Positions 11,402-20,452 of a DNA stretch of 64,000 bases are shown here, piece by piece. The position numbers and the translations under genes are program-made. The DNA comes from Pseudobdellovibrionaceae bacterium. Its GTDB lineage: Bacteria > Bdellovibrionota > Bdellovibrionia > Bdellovibrionales > UBA1609. Location: the NCBI GenBank assembly GCA_023898385.1, contig CP060220.1:2655683-2719682 (forward strand), read 5' to 3'. Each line of letters starts with the position of its first letter. The first letter of the stretch is position 1. The notes under the pieces were generated by a model. That model was given only the letters and a program-made list of their open reading frames with translations. It did not search any database and was not told the DNA's origin.

Positions 11402-11701
11402 CTACTTGCCCGCGCCTTTTTCAGATTGGGCACCAGACTCTGGAGAAGCGCCATTCCCGCCATTCACTAATGCCGCAACATATGAATTTACATTTCTGGC
11501 ACTTCGATTGATCGGTGGCGCACTGGTGCTATTAGATTGCTTAGATCCACACTCATAACAGTCAGCTGTGGCAGCAGTCTCTGAATCTGAATATTTAGTA
11601 TCATTGGGGTCACTATTTACGTCTGAACCTGCCGAAAAAGCGGGTAAACCAAAAAGGCTTAAAGTGAGAAAAAAACATATTAAACGCATCATATTGTTCA
11701 T
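11402..11701 (-). CDS. Small secreted protein (99 aa), paralog of 10985-11194
   Basis: Signal peptide MRLICFFLTLSLFGLPAFSA. C-terminal ..NSYVAALVNGGNGASPESGAQSEKGAGK. Lies immediately downstream of the YD-repeat gene. Confidence 0.5.
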   Translation of the reverse strand: MNNMMRLICFFLTLSLFGLPAFSAGSDVNSDPNDTKYSDSETAATADCYECGSKQSNSTSAPPINRSARNVNSYVAALVNGGNGASPESGAQSEKGAGK

Positions 11702-11704
11702 CCT

Positions 11705-13417
11705 TTAAATTTGTAGGTCACCAGTGGCGGGAGCAATAACCTCAAGCAGGTTGTTAAATACGTTGGCCACCTGTGTGGCCACGGTTATGCCCTGTTCACT
11801 CTTGACGTTTTGAATCTTACCATTTTTATCATATTCAATACTGATACTGCCCAGGCCGGGGCGATCTACTAAGGCGGGCTTGCCAAAGCGCTCCTCATAC
11901 ATAATTGTTACTAGCTTACGAGCTTGGTCTTCAATTAGATTGATGCGACCTTTGCGATCATAGCCAATCTTAATTTTTTGTCCGCTCGAGTTGCTTGCAA
12001 CCACAAGATTGCATTTTTTTGAATCATAAGCGAACTGAGTAGAAATTTCTTTCTGAAGCTTGCGCACAGGTGCCGAGGCTGTTTTTGATTTGCCACCGGC
12101 CTTGGCTTTGGATTCATAGACAAAGTACTTCGTTGAAACCTGTGACACTTTCGTGCATTTTGTTTCATATTTAAAGAACATCTCTCTCGAGGGTTCAGTC
12201 CGCACTTTAAGTAGACCGTTGTCGTAATATTGGTAGCGGGTTCGTTGGGCGTTCTTCAGCACAGAAGTAGGTTTGCCAAAAACATCGTGATAGTAGGTGT
12301 CAGTGACTTCACCATTATTGTCTGACTTGGCTCTGTGTAGATATCGACCGGTCCCGTCTGGCTTTTCGCGATACCAAAATTCATATGAACTTTTGTTGGT
12401 TACCTTTTTGCCGCAAGTTTTCACAACCAAAGATTTGTAGTAGTCTAAAGGCTCTTTTTCAGTATCTTTATATTCGTATTTTTCAACGCACTGGCTGCGA
12501 TCCGTAAAACTCACCACCCAGTCTTTGTCCTTGTTGTATTTGATGTCTTTGAATGTTTTGTCGGGGAACGAAATTTTAGTTAAATTGTGGTGGTCGTCGT
12601 ACTGATAAGAGTAGGTAGATCCCCAAGCATTAGTCATTCCGACCAGATCTTCCCCGTCATGCACATAGCTCACCTTAATGCCGTTGGGACCAACAATTGA
12701 CTGAACCTTTTTTGCAGCACCAGCAAGTTTAAACGAAAGTTTATTTCCATTGTTGTCTACAACACTATCGATTAAACCCGATTTTGGGTCGCGGTTAATG
12801 TTTAGAAAATTTCCGTTGCGATCTTTCATTTGAATAAGTAGGCCGGCAGTATTGAATACTTCGAGAGTCCCGTCTGGCAAGTAGCGGTAGTATTTGCCTT
12901 TGCTAAATTTGATTTTCTCGTTTTCTCTTCCAAGGGCAATATACATGGTGCCAGGTTTCAGTTTCGAGCCGAGATTCAATTGGCGAACAAACTCTTCTCG
13001 AAGGAAAGTGTCAGTTTGAAGATCCTTTTCCAGTTTAGTAAAAAAAGAAGGCGTCATTTTGGGATTTCTTTTTTTCACTTCTTTAACAACTTCAGAAATG
13101 GTTTTTTTAACCTTATCTGGGTCAAAATCACGGGCCAAATAATCCACTTCCTGGCCACCACCACATTGGGTGACTTTAACGTTCCCTTCAGCTGTGGTTT
13201 CGAGCTTGGTCTCGAAATCAGAACACCACCCAAAACCAAACATGCCATTAAAAAGGGTACGGCTGTTGTAAGTTCGTTGAATTCGAAGATCATAACCTGA
13301 GTTAGGTACAATCAGATCCAACCAAGTATCAGAAAAATTCGCATTGCGCATATCCACAATGCCAAAAGCCACAGATGGCATCCATGCCAAAACCAAAAGC
13401 CCAAAAAGCTTCCTCAT
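11705..13417 (-). CDS. Secreted YD-repeat (RHS-family) protein
   Basis: Signal peptide, then repeated YD-type units (YQYDDHHNLTKISFPD, RYQYYDNGLLKVRTEP, IGYDRKGRINLIEDQ, IEYDKNGKIQNV, DRNGNFLNINRDPKSGLIDSVVDNNGN). ATG 13417 preferred over the track's TTG 13420. No recognisable C-terminal toxin domain. Confidence 0.75.
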   Translation of the reverse strand: MRKLFGLLVLAWMPSVAFGIVDMRNANFSDTWLDLIVPNSGYDLRIQRTYNSRTLFNGMFGFGWCSDFETKLETTAEGNVKVTQCGGGQEVDYLARDFDPDKVKKTISEVVKEVKKRNPKMTPSFFTKLEKDLQTDTFLREEFVRQLNLGSKLKPGTMYIALGRENEKIKFSKGKYYRYLPDGTLEVFNTAGLLIQMKDRNGNFLNINRDPKSGLIDSVVDNNGNKLSFKLAGAAKKVQSIVGPNGIKVSYVHDGEDLVGMTNAWGSTYSYQYDDHHNLTKISFPDKTFKDIKYNKDKDWVVSFTDRSQCVEKYEYKDTEKEPLDYYKSLVVKTCGKKVTNKSSYEFWYREKPDGTGRYLHRAKSDNNGEVTDTYYHDVFGKPTSVLKNAQRTRYQYYDNGLLKVRTEPSREMFFKYETKCTKVSQVSTKYFVYESKAKAGGKSKTASAPVRKLQKEISTQFAYDSKKCNLVVASNSSGQKIKIGYDRKGRINLIEDQARKLVTIMYEERFGKPALVDRPGLGSISIEYDKNGKIQNVKSEQGITVATQVANVFNNLLEVIAPATGDLQI

Positions 13418-13444
13418 CAAACGCTCCTTGTGATGAAAATGCTA

Positions 13445-13627
13445 CCCGCCTTCGAGAGTGAACAGAGGCCAGCGGGGAAAGTGTGGGGCGCCAGCACCTC
13501 ACGATGTGCATGGCGTATCCGGGTTGCGGCACGCAAGCGACGCAATCCGAAGACGACATGCGGCCACTCGTGCCGTGCTGGCGCCCCACACTTTCCCCGC
13601 TGGCCTCTGTTCACTCTCGAAGGCGGG
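13445..13627. repeat. Foldback element A1: 53-bp perfect inverted arms plus 77-nt imperfect-hairpin core
   Basis: 13445-13497 is the exact reverse complement of 13575-13627. Core 13506-13565 matches 58/60 to the reverse complement of 22099-22158. Confidence 0.9.
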
Positions 13628-13631
13628 CGAA

Positions 13632-14510
13632 CTACACTTTTATTGTAACAATTTTTTTCATTGCAACTCCACCAATAACTTGGAGAGCTAACATAATAAA
13701 GAGAGCAACCCATCCTAAAGGCTTAGTGAACAAGGGCATCACGTAAGCAGGATCAATTGCAAGAAATACAACTAACAATAGAAACGGGACTAAAGTAATA
13801 ATAATTCCTTGTGTGACACCTTGAGCTGTCATGGCTTCGATTTTCTTTTCAACTTTTTGTCGCTCACGAACCGTGGTGTTAATGGTTTGAAAAGTTTCGG
13901 CGAGATTTCCGCCTGTTTCTTTAAGAATAATTACAGAAGTCACAAACATTTGCACATCTTGCCGGGGGATCCGGTCAGCCATTTCTACCAATGCTTCTTC
14001 AAGGGACATCCCCAGGCGAATTTTGTTCAGAACAAGTTTGAATTCTTGAGACAGGGGCCCTGAGAGATTGCCAACCACTCGCTCCATAGACTGAGTGATG
14101 CTTAAACCTGCACTCACACCGTTGGCCATAATGGTCATGCCATCCACCATTTGGTCGACCAGTCGATTGCATCGTTTTTGCCAAAGGTTATTGAGGTATG
14201 TTTTTGGAAGCTGGAGGCCCAGTAAAGTAATGGCGACAGCAAATATTAAGCCGGGCACAACATTGGGCCAAAGCAGTAGAAAAACCACCAGTCCCAGGCC
14301 AAACGAAAGCAGCAAAACTGTGATGGTGATTTTCTTTTTATCCACGTCGAGCATCATTCGATCCATAAGCTCCGTGATTTCTTCTCGCGTGCCGATGGTT
14401 CTCTTGTAGAAGAATCCTATAATCCGATCCGAGTAAAGATAGGATAAGATAAATACAACTATGGCAAAAGCCGGAATGACAAAAAACTCTTCGCTGAATA
14501 ATGCGGTCAC
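13632..14510 (-). CDS. tadB: Tad/Flp pilus assembly inner-membrane protein (T2SS-F family, TadB/TadC-type)
   Basis: 292 aa with a T2SSF domain pattern (MVDGMTIMANGVSAGLSITQSMERVV..LKETGGNLAETFQTINTTVRERQKVEKKIEAMTAQG) and TM helices. Overlaps cpaF by 4 nt. Confidence 0.85.
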   Translation of the reverse strand: MTALFSEEFFVIPAFAIVVFILSYLYSDRIIGFFYKRTIGTREEITELMDRMMLDVDKKKITITVLLLSFGLGLVVFLLLWPNVVPGLIFAVAITLLGLQLPKTYLNNLWQKRCNRLVDQMVDGMTIMANGVSAGLSITQSMERVVGNLSGPLSQEFKLVLNKIRLGMSLEEALVEMADRIPRQDVQMFVTSVIILKETGGNLAETFQTINTTVRERQKVEKKIEAMTAQGVTQGIIITLVPFLLLVVFLAIDPAYVMPLFTKPLGWVALFIMLALQVIGGVAMKKIVTIKV

Positions 14511-16831
14511 TTTTCGCCTCCGCTAGTGCCGTCGCCGGAGGCTTTTTTAAGAGGCTGAGGGCGAGGGCTAGAAGTGGTTGCGGTTTGTGTTCGTGGCCGC
14601 ACAGGTGTGGGGCCAGCTTTTGAGCCCGCCGCTGGAGAATTAGGGTCACTGGCCCCGCCGTTTGATGTGAATAAGTCTCGAGGGACCATTATGCCTCGTT
14701 GCTCAAATTTTTCAATAAAGGTGGGAATACGTCCCATGGCCTGAAACTGCCCAACCACTTTTCGATTTTTATCAAAACCGGTTTCTTTAAATCGGAAGAT
14801 CTCTTGCATGGTGACGGCCTCACCCTGCATGCCAACGATTTCCGTGATGCTGCTGATTTTACGGGAGCCGTCACTGAAACGCGTGATTTGTACGATAAGA
14901 TTGACGGCACTAGCAATTTGCTCTCGAATGGCTCGAGCCGGGAGGTCCATTCCAGCCATTAAACAAAGTGTTTCAAGGCGCGAAATCGCTTCACGAGGGT
15001 TGTTAGAGTGAACTGTGGTCATTGATCCATCGTGGCCTGTATTCATCGCAGCTAGCATATCAAGGGCCGCACCATCGCGAGTTTCTCCCACCACGATGCG
15101 ATCGGGACGCATTCGGAGAGAGTTTCTAATAAGGTCGCGAATTGAAATTTCTCCGGCCCCTTCCATGTTGGCTGGTCGGGTTTCTAGGCGAACCACGTGT
15201 TCTTGTTTCAACTGTAGTTCTGCGGCGTCTTCGACAGTGATGATTCGTTCATTGGTAGGTATAAATCCAGAAAGCACATTCAATAGGGTTGTTTTACCAG
15301 TACCTGTGCCGCCTGATATAATAATGTTCAAGCCTTGTTCCACGCAAATTCTCAAAAAATCAGCCATTCCTCGCGTCATTGATTTGAAACGATCTGTATA
15401 GTCCAAAATAGTTACCCGTTCAGATGGAAATTTTCGAATGGTAACGGCAGGTCCATCGATGGCCAGAGGTTCAATCACCGCATTCACTCGGCTTCCATCG
15501 GCCAGGCGAGCATCGACATAAGGAGTTTTCTCATCGATACGCCGACCTAAAGGAGTAACAATTCTCTCGATGACATTTTTAAGCTGCTGATTGGAAGTGA
15601 ATGTCACGGGGCTTAATTGAATCTTACCACTTTTTTCAATGTAAATTTGTTTCGCGCCATTCACCATGATTTCTGTAACTCGAGCATCTTCCAGCAACTC
15701 TTCGAGCGGGCCAAGGCCCAAGGCTTCATCCAAAACTTGTTTGATCACCTGACCTCGCTCCTCGCGTGACAAGTGAGAGGCCATTCGGTCTGTGAGTTGC
15801 GACACCACACGTGTGGTTTTGTCACGCAGCTCTTTTTCTTTACTGGGGTCACCCTTGGAACTTGTAAGGTCTTTTTTTAGGTCCATTTCGCGAATGAGTT
15901 GATGGTGAATTTGCGCCTTTAATAGACTTGGGGCGTCCATTTCATTTTTTTGCCCTTTAGCCTGTGATCCCGATGGGGCGGTGCTGTCGAGAGCGGGCAG
16001 GTCTGAGGTGGATTGTGTGCCTCGAAGATTTTTTGGCCTAGAAGTGGTTTTTAATTTTTGTAACAAGCCGCCTGTCAGCCGGCGGGCGACATCGCGATAC
16101 CCCTGCGCCATGGGGCTATTGGGGGTGGTTAACATAAAAGGAGCCGATCTTTGCAGCGAAGAGTACGCAGTGGCCTCATCGTTGGCAATGAGACCGATAA
16201 TAGGGCGATTTAGACTTTGTGCAATTGAGTTGGGATTCAATGCATTTCTACCCATCTTATTGATCACCACTTGAACCATTTCGGCCGGCACGGTGGCGGT
16301 CACTAGGTCGTGTAGCATTTTTTTGGTTTGATTGACCACGAGAACTTCTGGAGTTGATACCAAGAGAATGACACTGGCATTTTCAATCGCGGCCATCTGC
16401 AAGTCCTGTAGGTCATTTCCGATATCGGCAATGATAAACTTAAAATGTTGGCTCACTGAATATAATTGTTTTTTAAACAACTCCGGGGATGCGGCAAGAG
16501 TTTGATCGGGAGTTTGCACGGCGCCCAGGTAAGACAATCCTGAGGAATGACCTGTTAGGAGCGAGCTGAGAGTTTGCGCCGTGAGGGAGGCCTTAAATTG
16601 AGTGAGGTCGTTCACGGTTTTGTTCGGTCTCACACCAAGAATGACGTTTTGGTCTCCACAGCTTCTTGCGTCGAGATCAATAAGTAACGTTTTCGACCGC
16701 ATTTCTTGCATCAGAGTAATAGCAAGGTTAGCCGCAAAAACGCTTTTACCGACGCCACCTTTGCCGCCGGCCACTACAATGAGATGTGAGTTTTCGTGAA
16801 TCGCCAAAACACCACTCCTTTGGTTACTCAT
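14507..16831 (-). CDS. cpaF: Fusion ATPase: N-terminal MinD/ParA-like (TadZ/CpaE-type) domain plus C-terminal CpaF/TadA secretion ATPase
   Basis: N-terminal deviant Walker A VVAGGKGGVGKS with a MinD/CpaE-like fold to about aa 265. C-terminal CpaF core (ISGGTGTGKTTLLNVLS, VVGETRDGAALDMLAAMNTGHDGSMTTVHSN). Pro/Ser/Thr-rich tail. Confidence 0.9.
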   Translation of the reverse strand: MSNQRSGVLAIHENSHLIVVAGGKGGVGKSVFAANLAITLMQEMRSKTLLIDLDARSCGDQNVILGVRPNKTVNDLTQFKASLTAQTLSSLLTGHSSGLSYLGAVQTPDQTLAASPELFKKQLYSVSQHFKFIIADIGNDLQDLQMAAIENASVILLVSTPEVLVVNQTKKMLHDLVTATVPAEMVQVVINKMGRNALNPNSIAQSLNRPIIGLIANDEATAYSSLQRSAPFMLTTPNSPMAQGYRDVARRLTGGLLQKLKTTSRPKNLRGTQSTSDLPALDSTAPSGSQAKGQKNEMDAPSLLKAQIHHQLIREMDLKKDLTSSKGDPSKEKELRDKTTRVVSQLTDRMASHLSREERGQVIKQVLDEALGLGPLEELLEDARVTEIMVNGAKQIYIEKSGKIQLSPVTFTSNQQLKNVIERIVTPLGRRIDEKTPYVDARLADGSRVNAVIEPLAIDGPAVTIRKFPSERVTILDYTDRFKSMTRGMADFLRICVEQGLNIIISGGTGTGKTTLLNVLSGFIPTNERIITVEDAAELQLKQEHVVRLETRPANMEGAGEISIRDLIRNSLRMRPDRIVVGETRDGAALDMLAAMNTGHDGSMTTVHSNNPREAISRLETLCLMAGMDLPARAIREQIASAVNLIVQITRFSDGSRKISSITEIVGMQGEAVTMQEIFRFKETGFDKNRKVVGQFQAMGRIPTFIEKFEQRGIMVPRDLFTSNGGASDPNSPAAGSKAGPTPVRPRTQTATTSSPRPQPLKKASGDGTSGGEK

Positions 16832-16877
16832 CGGAATAGTGGAAAAAAATAATGAGTCTAAATTTTAGGCCGAGCCT

Positions 16878-18398
16878 TTAGTCGCGAATTCGAAACTTGC
16901 GCTTAATGCGGTCCGCACCGGCACTGGCCGAGCTCTTGATGATGGGAGTGACAAAGACCACAAACTGACTCTGGTTGCGGCGAAACGACTTAGAAGCATA
17001 CAGTGAAAACAGCGGGTTGGCGCTGGTATTTTCAGGTAATCGGTTAAAGTCAGTGCCGCTTTCATTAGAAATCAATCCACCCACGGCTGCGCTCATACCA
17101 CTTCGCACGACCACAGAGGTCTGAATTTCTCGACTATTAGTGAGGGGCCCCTTATTTGTAATACCAACTAAGCTTTTCACAGAAAAATTGAGGGCAAGGC
17201 TGACGCTGTCGGACCGAGATCCAATAATTGAAGGGGTCACTGTGGTGCGAATACCTGCATCTTCAAAACTTGTGGAGTTTTGTCCCTCAGAGGTCACTGT
17301 TTGGTACGGGATGCGTTGAACTGATTCGAGCTTTCCTTGTTTACCATCTTCTACAATTAGGCTTGAGCTTTGTAAAACGCGGGCGTGTCCGTGTTCTTTA
17401 GCCCAATTTAGCTTCGGAAGTAGATTTGAGATTGTACCAGTAATGCTAGAAACCACGCCGCCGGGTCCACGGTCTGTGAACTCAAGTTGGGTGTTATCGC
17501 CTATATCAGGAGTCCATTGAAAGCGAAAACCTTTGGTGTAGTCTTTTTTGAGCTCAACGTAATGCACGACAATTTGAATGATCTTATTGGGTGTCTGCTC
17601 GGGAGCCGGTTTTACCTGGATGAGATTTACAATGAGTTCACCACTTACTTGTTTAATCAGTTTATCCATTTCAGCCTGACGTACGACAACGTCAGGCATA
17701 TACGTACGAGCAATCTTAAAGGCTCGCTCCACTTCTTCAGGGCTATTGGCCATACCTTCTAATAAAAATCGTCCGTTCACAGCCGAAACAGTGATCTCAG
17801 GATTACCAATTTTTCGTTCAATAAATTGTGCGATTTTATTTTGGGCAATCACGCTTAGAGTCACAAGAGACGCGGCCAGGTCACCATATTGTTTTACCAC
17901 GCTATGGATGCGATCCATGTCTTTTGGCAATAAGACTTCGCCGTCAACGATGACCCGGTTATTGGCAATTTTAATTTTTACACCTTCAATTTCTGCAAGG
18001 AGCGCTCGAACTTCTCTGGCCACTTTTTGCAGATCCACCTTTTTCACATCCACCCGAATATCATAGATAACGGCGCCGGTGGTGGGATCTTTAATCAAGA
18101 TGGTACCTACGCCGATCTTTTGGGGCACTAGCCGGAGGATTTTTCGGTTTGAATCAAACTGAAGTTTCAAAAGGTTTTTGTATGATCCGCCCTTGTTAAA
18201 ACCGGCAGGGGCTAGGGGCACTCGAATATCACGATCAATGCCTACAAATAGAGAGACATACATCTTTTTTCGTTGGGCAGCTTCAGAAATAGTGGCCGGG
18301 CCGAACAAAAAGACCAAGCTCAACACGGCGAGGAGGGCCAATAGTGGTCCCCTGCGGGCATCGAGTGTGAAATAGTTTTTGCTCATCCAATTCGTCAT
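16878..18398 (-). CDS. cpaC: Tad secretin CpaC/RcpA
   Basis: Signal/TM N-terminus, a BON-like region, and a secretin C-domain (RIPYQTV.., TSVVVRSGMSAAVGGLISNES.., QFVVFVTPIIK). Confidence 0.9.
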   Translation of the reverse strand: MTNWMSKNYFTLDARRGPLLALLAVLSLVFLFGPATISEAAQRKKMYVSLFVGIDRDIRVPLAPAGFNKGGSYKNLLKLQFDSNRKILRLVPQKIGVGTILIKDPTTGAVIYDIRVDVKKVDLQKVAREVRALLAEIEGVKIKIANNRVIVDGEVLLPKDMDRIHSVVKQYGDLAASLVTLSVIAQNKIAQFIERKIGNPEITVSAVNGRFLLEGMANSPEEVERAFKIARTYMPDVVVRQAEMDKLIKQVSGELIVNLIQVKPAPEQTPNKIIQIVVHYVELKKDYTKGFRFQWTPDIGDNTQLEFTDRGPGGVVSSITGTISNLLPKLNWAKEHGHARVLQSSSLIVEDGKQGKLESVQRIPYQTVTSEGQNSTSFEDAGIRTTVTPSIIGSRSDSVSLALNFSVKSLVGITNKGPLTNSREIQTSVVVRSGMSAAVGGLISNESGTDFNRLPENTSANPLFSLYASKSFRRNQSQFVVFVTPIIKSSASAGADRIKRKFRIRD

Positions 18399-18414
18399 TT
18401 CTTATCCAGTTATC

Positions 18415-19290
18415 CTATATATCTTTAAAAGGGCCCGATCGCCGAGTTTTCTTTTGTTGCGGCACAGGCTGCGGTGCCACTCGCGCCGGCTCTCGCACAG
18501 TTTCACGAACTTTTTGTGGGGCCACTTGTCCAAGTACAGTTTGCAAATCTGATGAAGGAATAGGGCGATCTGCGTGATCGCTGGGATGCCTAAGAGTTAA
18601 AAACAATGAACCTGGAGAGGTTGATAGTATGTAAATCAAATTCTGAGCTTGTACAGGTGAGGCTTCCACAGTGACCGAGTTAAACGAAAGATCATCTCGA
18701 ATATTTCGAATATACTCATCTCGTCCTTGCTTTTCAAAAAGTCGGGGCAGTTCGTTGACCACGCGAACACCTGTGGCAAGAATAACCACATCTTGTAAAA
18801 TAGTCTTTATTTCTCGGCGTTGGTTGGCACCCTTGCCGATATCAACGGCGGCCACCACGTCAACTCGGTCACCGGGCTTGATCAGTTTTGCGACGCCACG
18901 CATGTCATCAATTGGAATAGTGACGGCCCGTTTGGATGGGGCCACTTGCATGGCGAGTCCAGTAACGGGGCCTGGTTCCATAATTTTACTGCGCAAGATT
19001 TGTTCTCCAGCTTTAATGGGAGCCAATGCAACTAAACCAACAGCATCTTCGGGGTCGGCTAGATGTTCCGGCTCCAAGTAGCTCACGGGTTTACTCACAA
19101 GCTCCAACATGGAAACATCAATTGTTTGCATTTCATTGATATCAGCTTTTGCCACAACGACTTTTTTCTGAGCTCCAAATTTCTTTGTAAGTTCAGCACT
19201 TTTTTCTTGAGTGTAACTATAAAGAAGAAACACGGCAAAAATGGCGGAAAAAACCGATATCCATAATGTCCTCGTTTCGTTCTGATTCAT
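18415..19290 (-). CDS. cpaB: Flp pilus assembly protein CpaB/RcpC
   Basis: N-terminal TM, SAF-like segment (VVVAKADINEMQTIDVSMLEL..APIKAGEQILRSKI), and RcpC region (RAVTIPIDDMRGVAKLIKPGDRVDVVAAV). Confidence 0.85.
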   Translation of the reverse strand: MNQNETRTLWISVFSAIFAVFLLYSYTQEKSAELTKKFGAQKKVVVAKADINEMQTIDVSMLELVSKPVSYLEPEHLADPEDAVGLVALAPIKAGEQILRSKIMEPGPVTGLAMQVAPSKRAVTIPIDDMRGVAKLIKPGDRVDVVAAVDIGKGANQRREIKTILQDVVILATGVRVVNELPRLFEKQGRDEYIRNIRDDLSFNSVTVEASPVQAQNLIYILSTSPGSLFLTLRHPSDHADRPIPSSDLQTVLGQVAPQKVRETVREPARVAPQPVPQQKKTRRSGPFKDI

Positions 19291-19304
19291 ACACTTACCC
19301 TTTT

Positions 19305-19817
19305 TTATTCACCACAATTTGCGGTGACACAAATGCCGTATCCCACCATCACCCACCCCGGGCTGACCTCGACAGCATTACCGCCATCTTTTCGGTAGGT
19401 TTCTTCAATTTCATAAATTCTTTCTGAATGATCTTTTGAAGTGCCCTTAATTTCTTTCTGAGAGCCTGGACCACGACCAAAGGCTAAGGGCCTCTCAGAG
19501 GCAAAAAAGTTTTGGTCATTACTTAGGTCGGCCTCCGACACCACAGCATGAAAGCGGTAACCTGTGGGTGCGTAGTTGAGCAGGTCACCCTGTCCTTGAT
19601 CTCGAAAAAAGCTTACGTTGGTTCGATTTCGAAAGGTTTCAAAGGCGTAGGTTCGCGCCCCGATGGAATGCAAAATTGCGGTGTGAACAAAACCAAACAG
19701 ACCAAGTCCATAGGTAATGAGAACAACGAAGACGACCACAAGAGGCAGGGCTTCAATAGTGGCAAGACCTTTTTGATTGTTGTGAACATGACAAGGGCGT
19801 TTAATCATTGTCAGCAC
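19305..19817 (-). CDS. TadE-like pseudopilin
   Basis: NQKG|LATIEALPLVVVFVVLITYGLGLF is a TadE-type N-terminal motif. Confidence 0.7.
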   Translation of the reverse strand: MLTMIKRPCHVHNNQKGLATIEALPLVVVFVVLITYGLGLFGFVHTAILHSIGARTYAFETFRNRTNVSFFRDQGQGDLLNYAPTGYRFHAVVSEADLSNDQNFFASERPLAFGRGPGSQKEIKGTSKDHSERIYEIEETYRKDGGNAVEVSPGWVMVGYGICVTANCGE

Positions 19818-20452
19818 CCGTTATCCGAAACAGGTTGATAACCCCGTCGGCTATATCGCCCGGCCTCTTTATAAGAGCCGCTGCCGATTTGTTGGATATG
19901 CTGCCAGCGCTGAGAATTAAAATAGTCACACTGTTTTTGCGTAACCTCCCGAGAAAGAAAGCTACCCACCTTAGTGGTAAAGCCGTCAGAATCATTGCTG
20001 TCGCCGGAGGTGGAGCCAAAAAACGGAATTTGAAAATCCAGGATGTGCGAGGTTAAAGTGATTTGGACGCCGTGAAACGCCTGTCTATCTGGCGGGCTGT
20101 GGTCTGTGTACTGCGAGGCTTCTTTTGCCGGTTCATCAATAATTTTTGCTTCTTTGCTAAGTGTGAACCACCCATTGTCTAGAACGCCGGAAAAAACACC
20201 ATTGTTTCTGAGTTGGGCATACTTTCTTTGAGCATAGTCAAATTGGGACTCGTGATCCTTGTGAGAGCCCAAATAGCTTCGAGCTGTAGCAAAAGTCATA
20301 TATTGAGCTATTTCTACTGTGGTGAGCGTGATTGCCAGTGAAAAAAGAATCACGGTTAAACCCAGTATCAGCGTCATGGCAAACAGGTAGTCAAGGGTGA
20401 TAAAGCCCCGTTGTTTTTTGAGTTTAGAGGGTTTAAGAGTGGACCACTTCAT
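19811..20452 (-). CDS. TadE/TadG-like pseudopilin
   Basis: KKQRG|FITLDYLFAMTLILGLTVILFSLAI is a prepilin-like leader plus hydrophobic helix (D at the usual E position). Operon position between other tad genes. Confidence 0.6.
   Translation of the reverse strand: MKWSTLKPSKLKKQRGFITLDYLFAMTLILGLTVILFSLAITLTTVEIAQYMTFATARSYLGSHKDHESQFDYAQRKYAQLRNNGVFSGVLDNGWFTLSKEAKIIDEPAKEASQYTDHSPPDRQAFHGVQITLTSHILDFQIPFFGSTSGDSNDSDGFTTKVGSFLSREVTQKQCDYFNSQRWQHIQQIGSGSYKEAGRYSRRGYQPVSDNGC

Noticed and set aside
13445-13627. Retron msr/msd, or an ordinary rho-independent terminator, as explanations for the family-A hairpins
   Set aside because: There is no reverse transcriptase gene nearby. Retron flanking repeats are much shorter. 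The terminator idea fails because there is no T-tract, the stems exceed 50 bp, and copy A2 lies upstream of genes on both sides rather than at a 3' end.
13329-13746. Five overlapping ORFs on both strands (86, 98, 72, 77 and 87 aa) sharing peptides such as RGQRGKCGAPA and AYPGCGT
   Set aside because: They are mirror images produced by the 53-bp perfect palindrome of element A1. The same amino-acid strings appear on both strands. There is no RBS and no coding signature.
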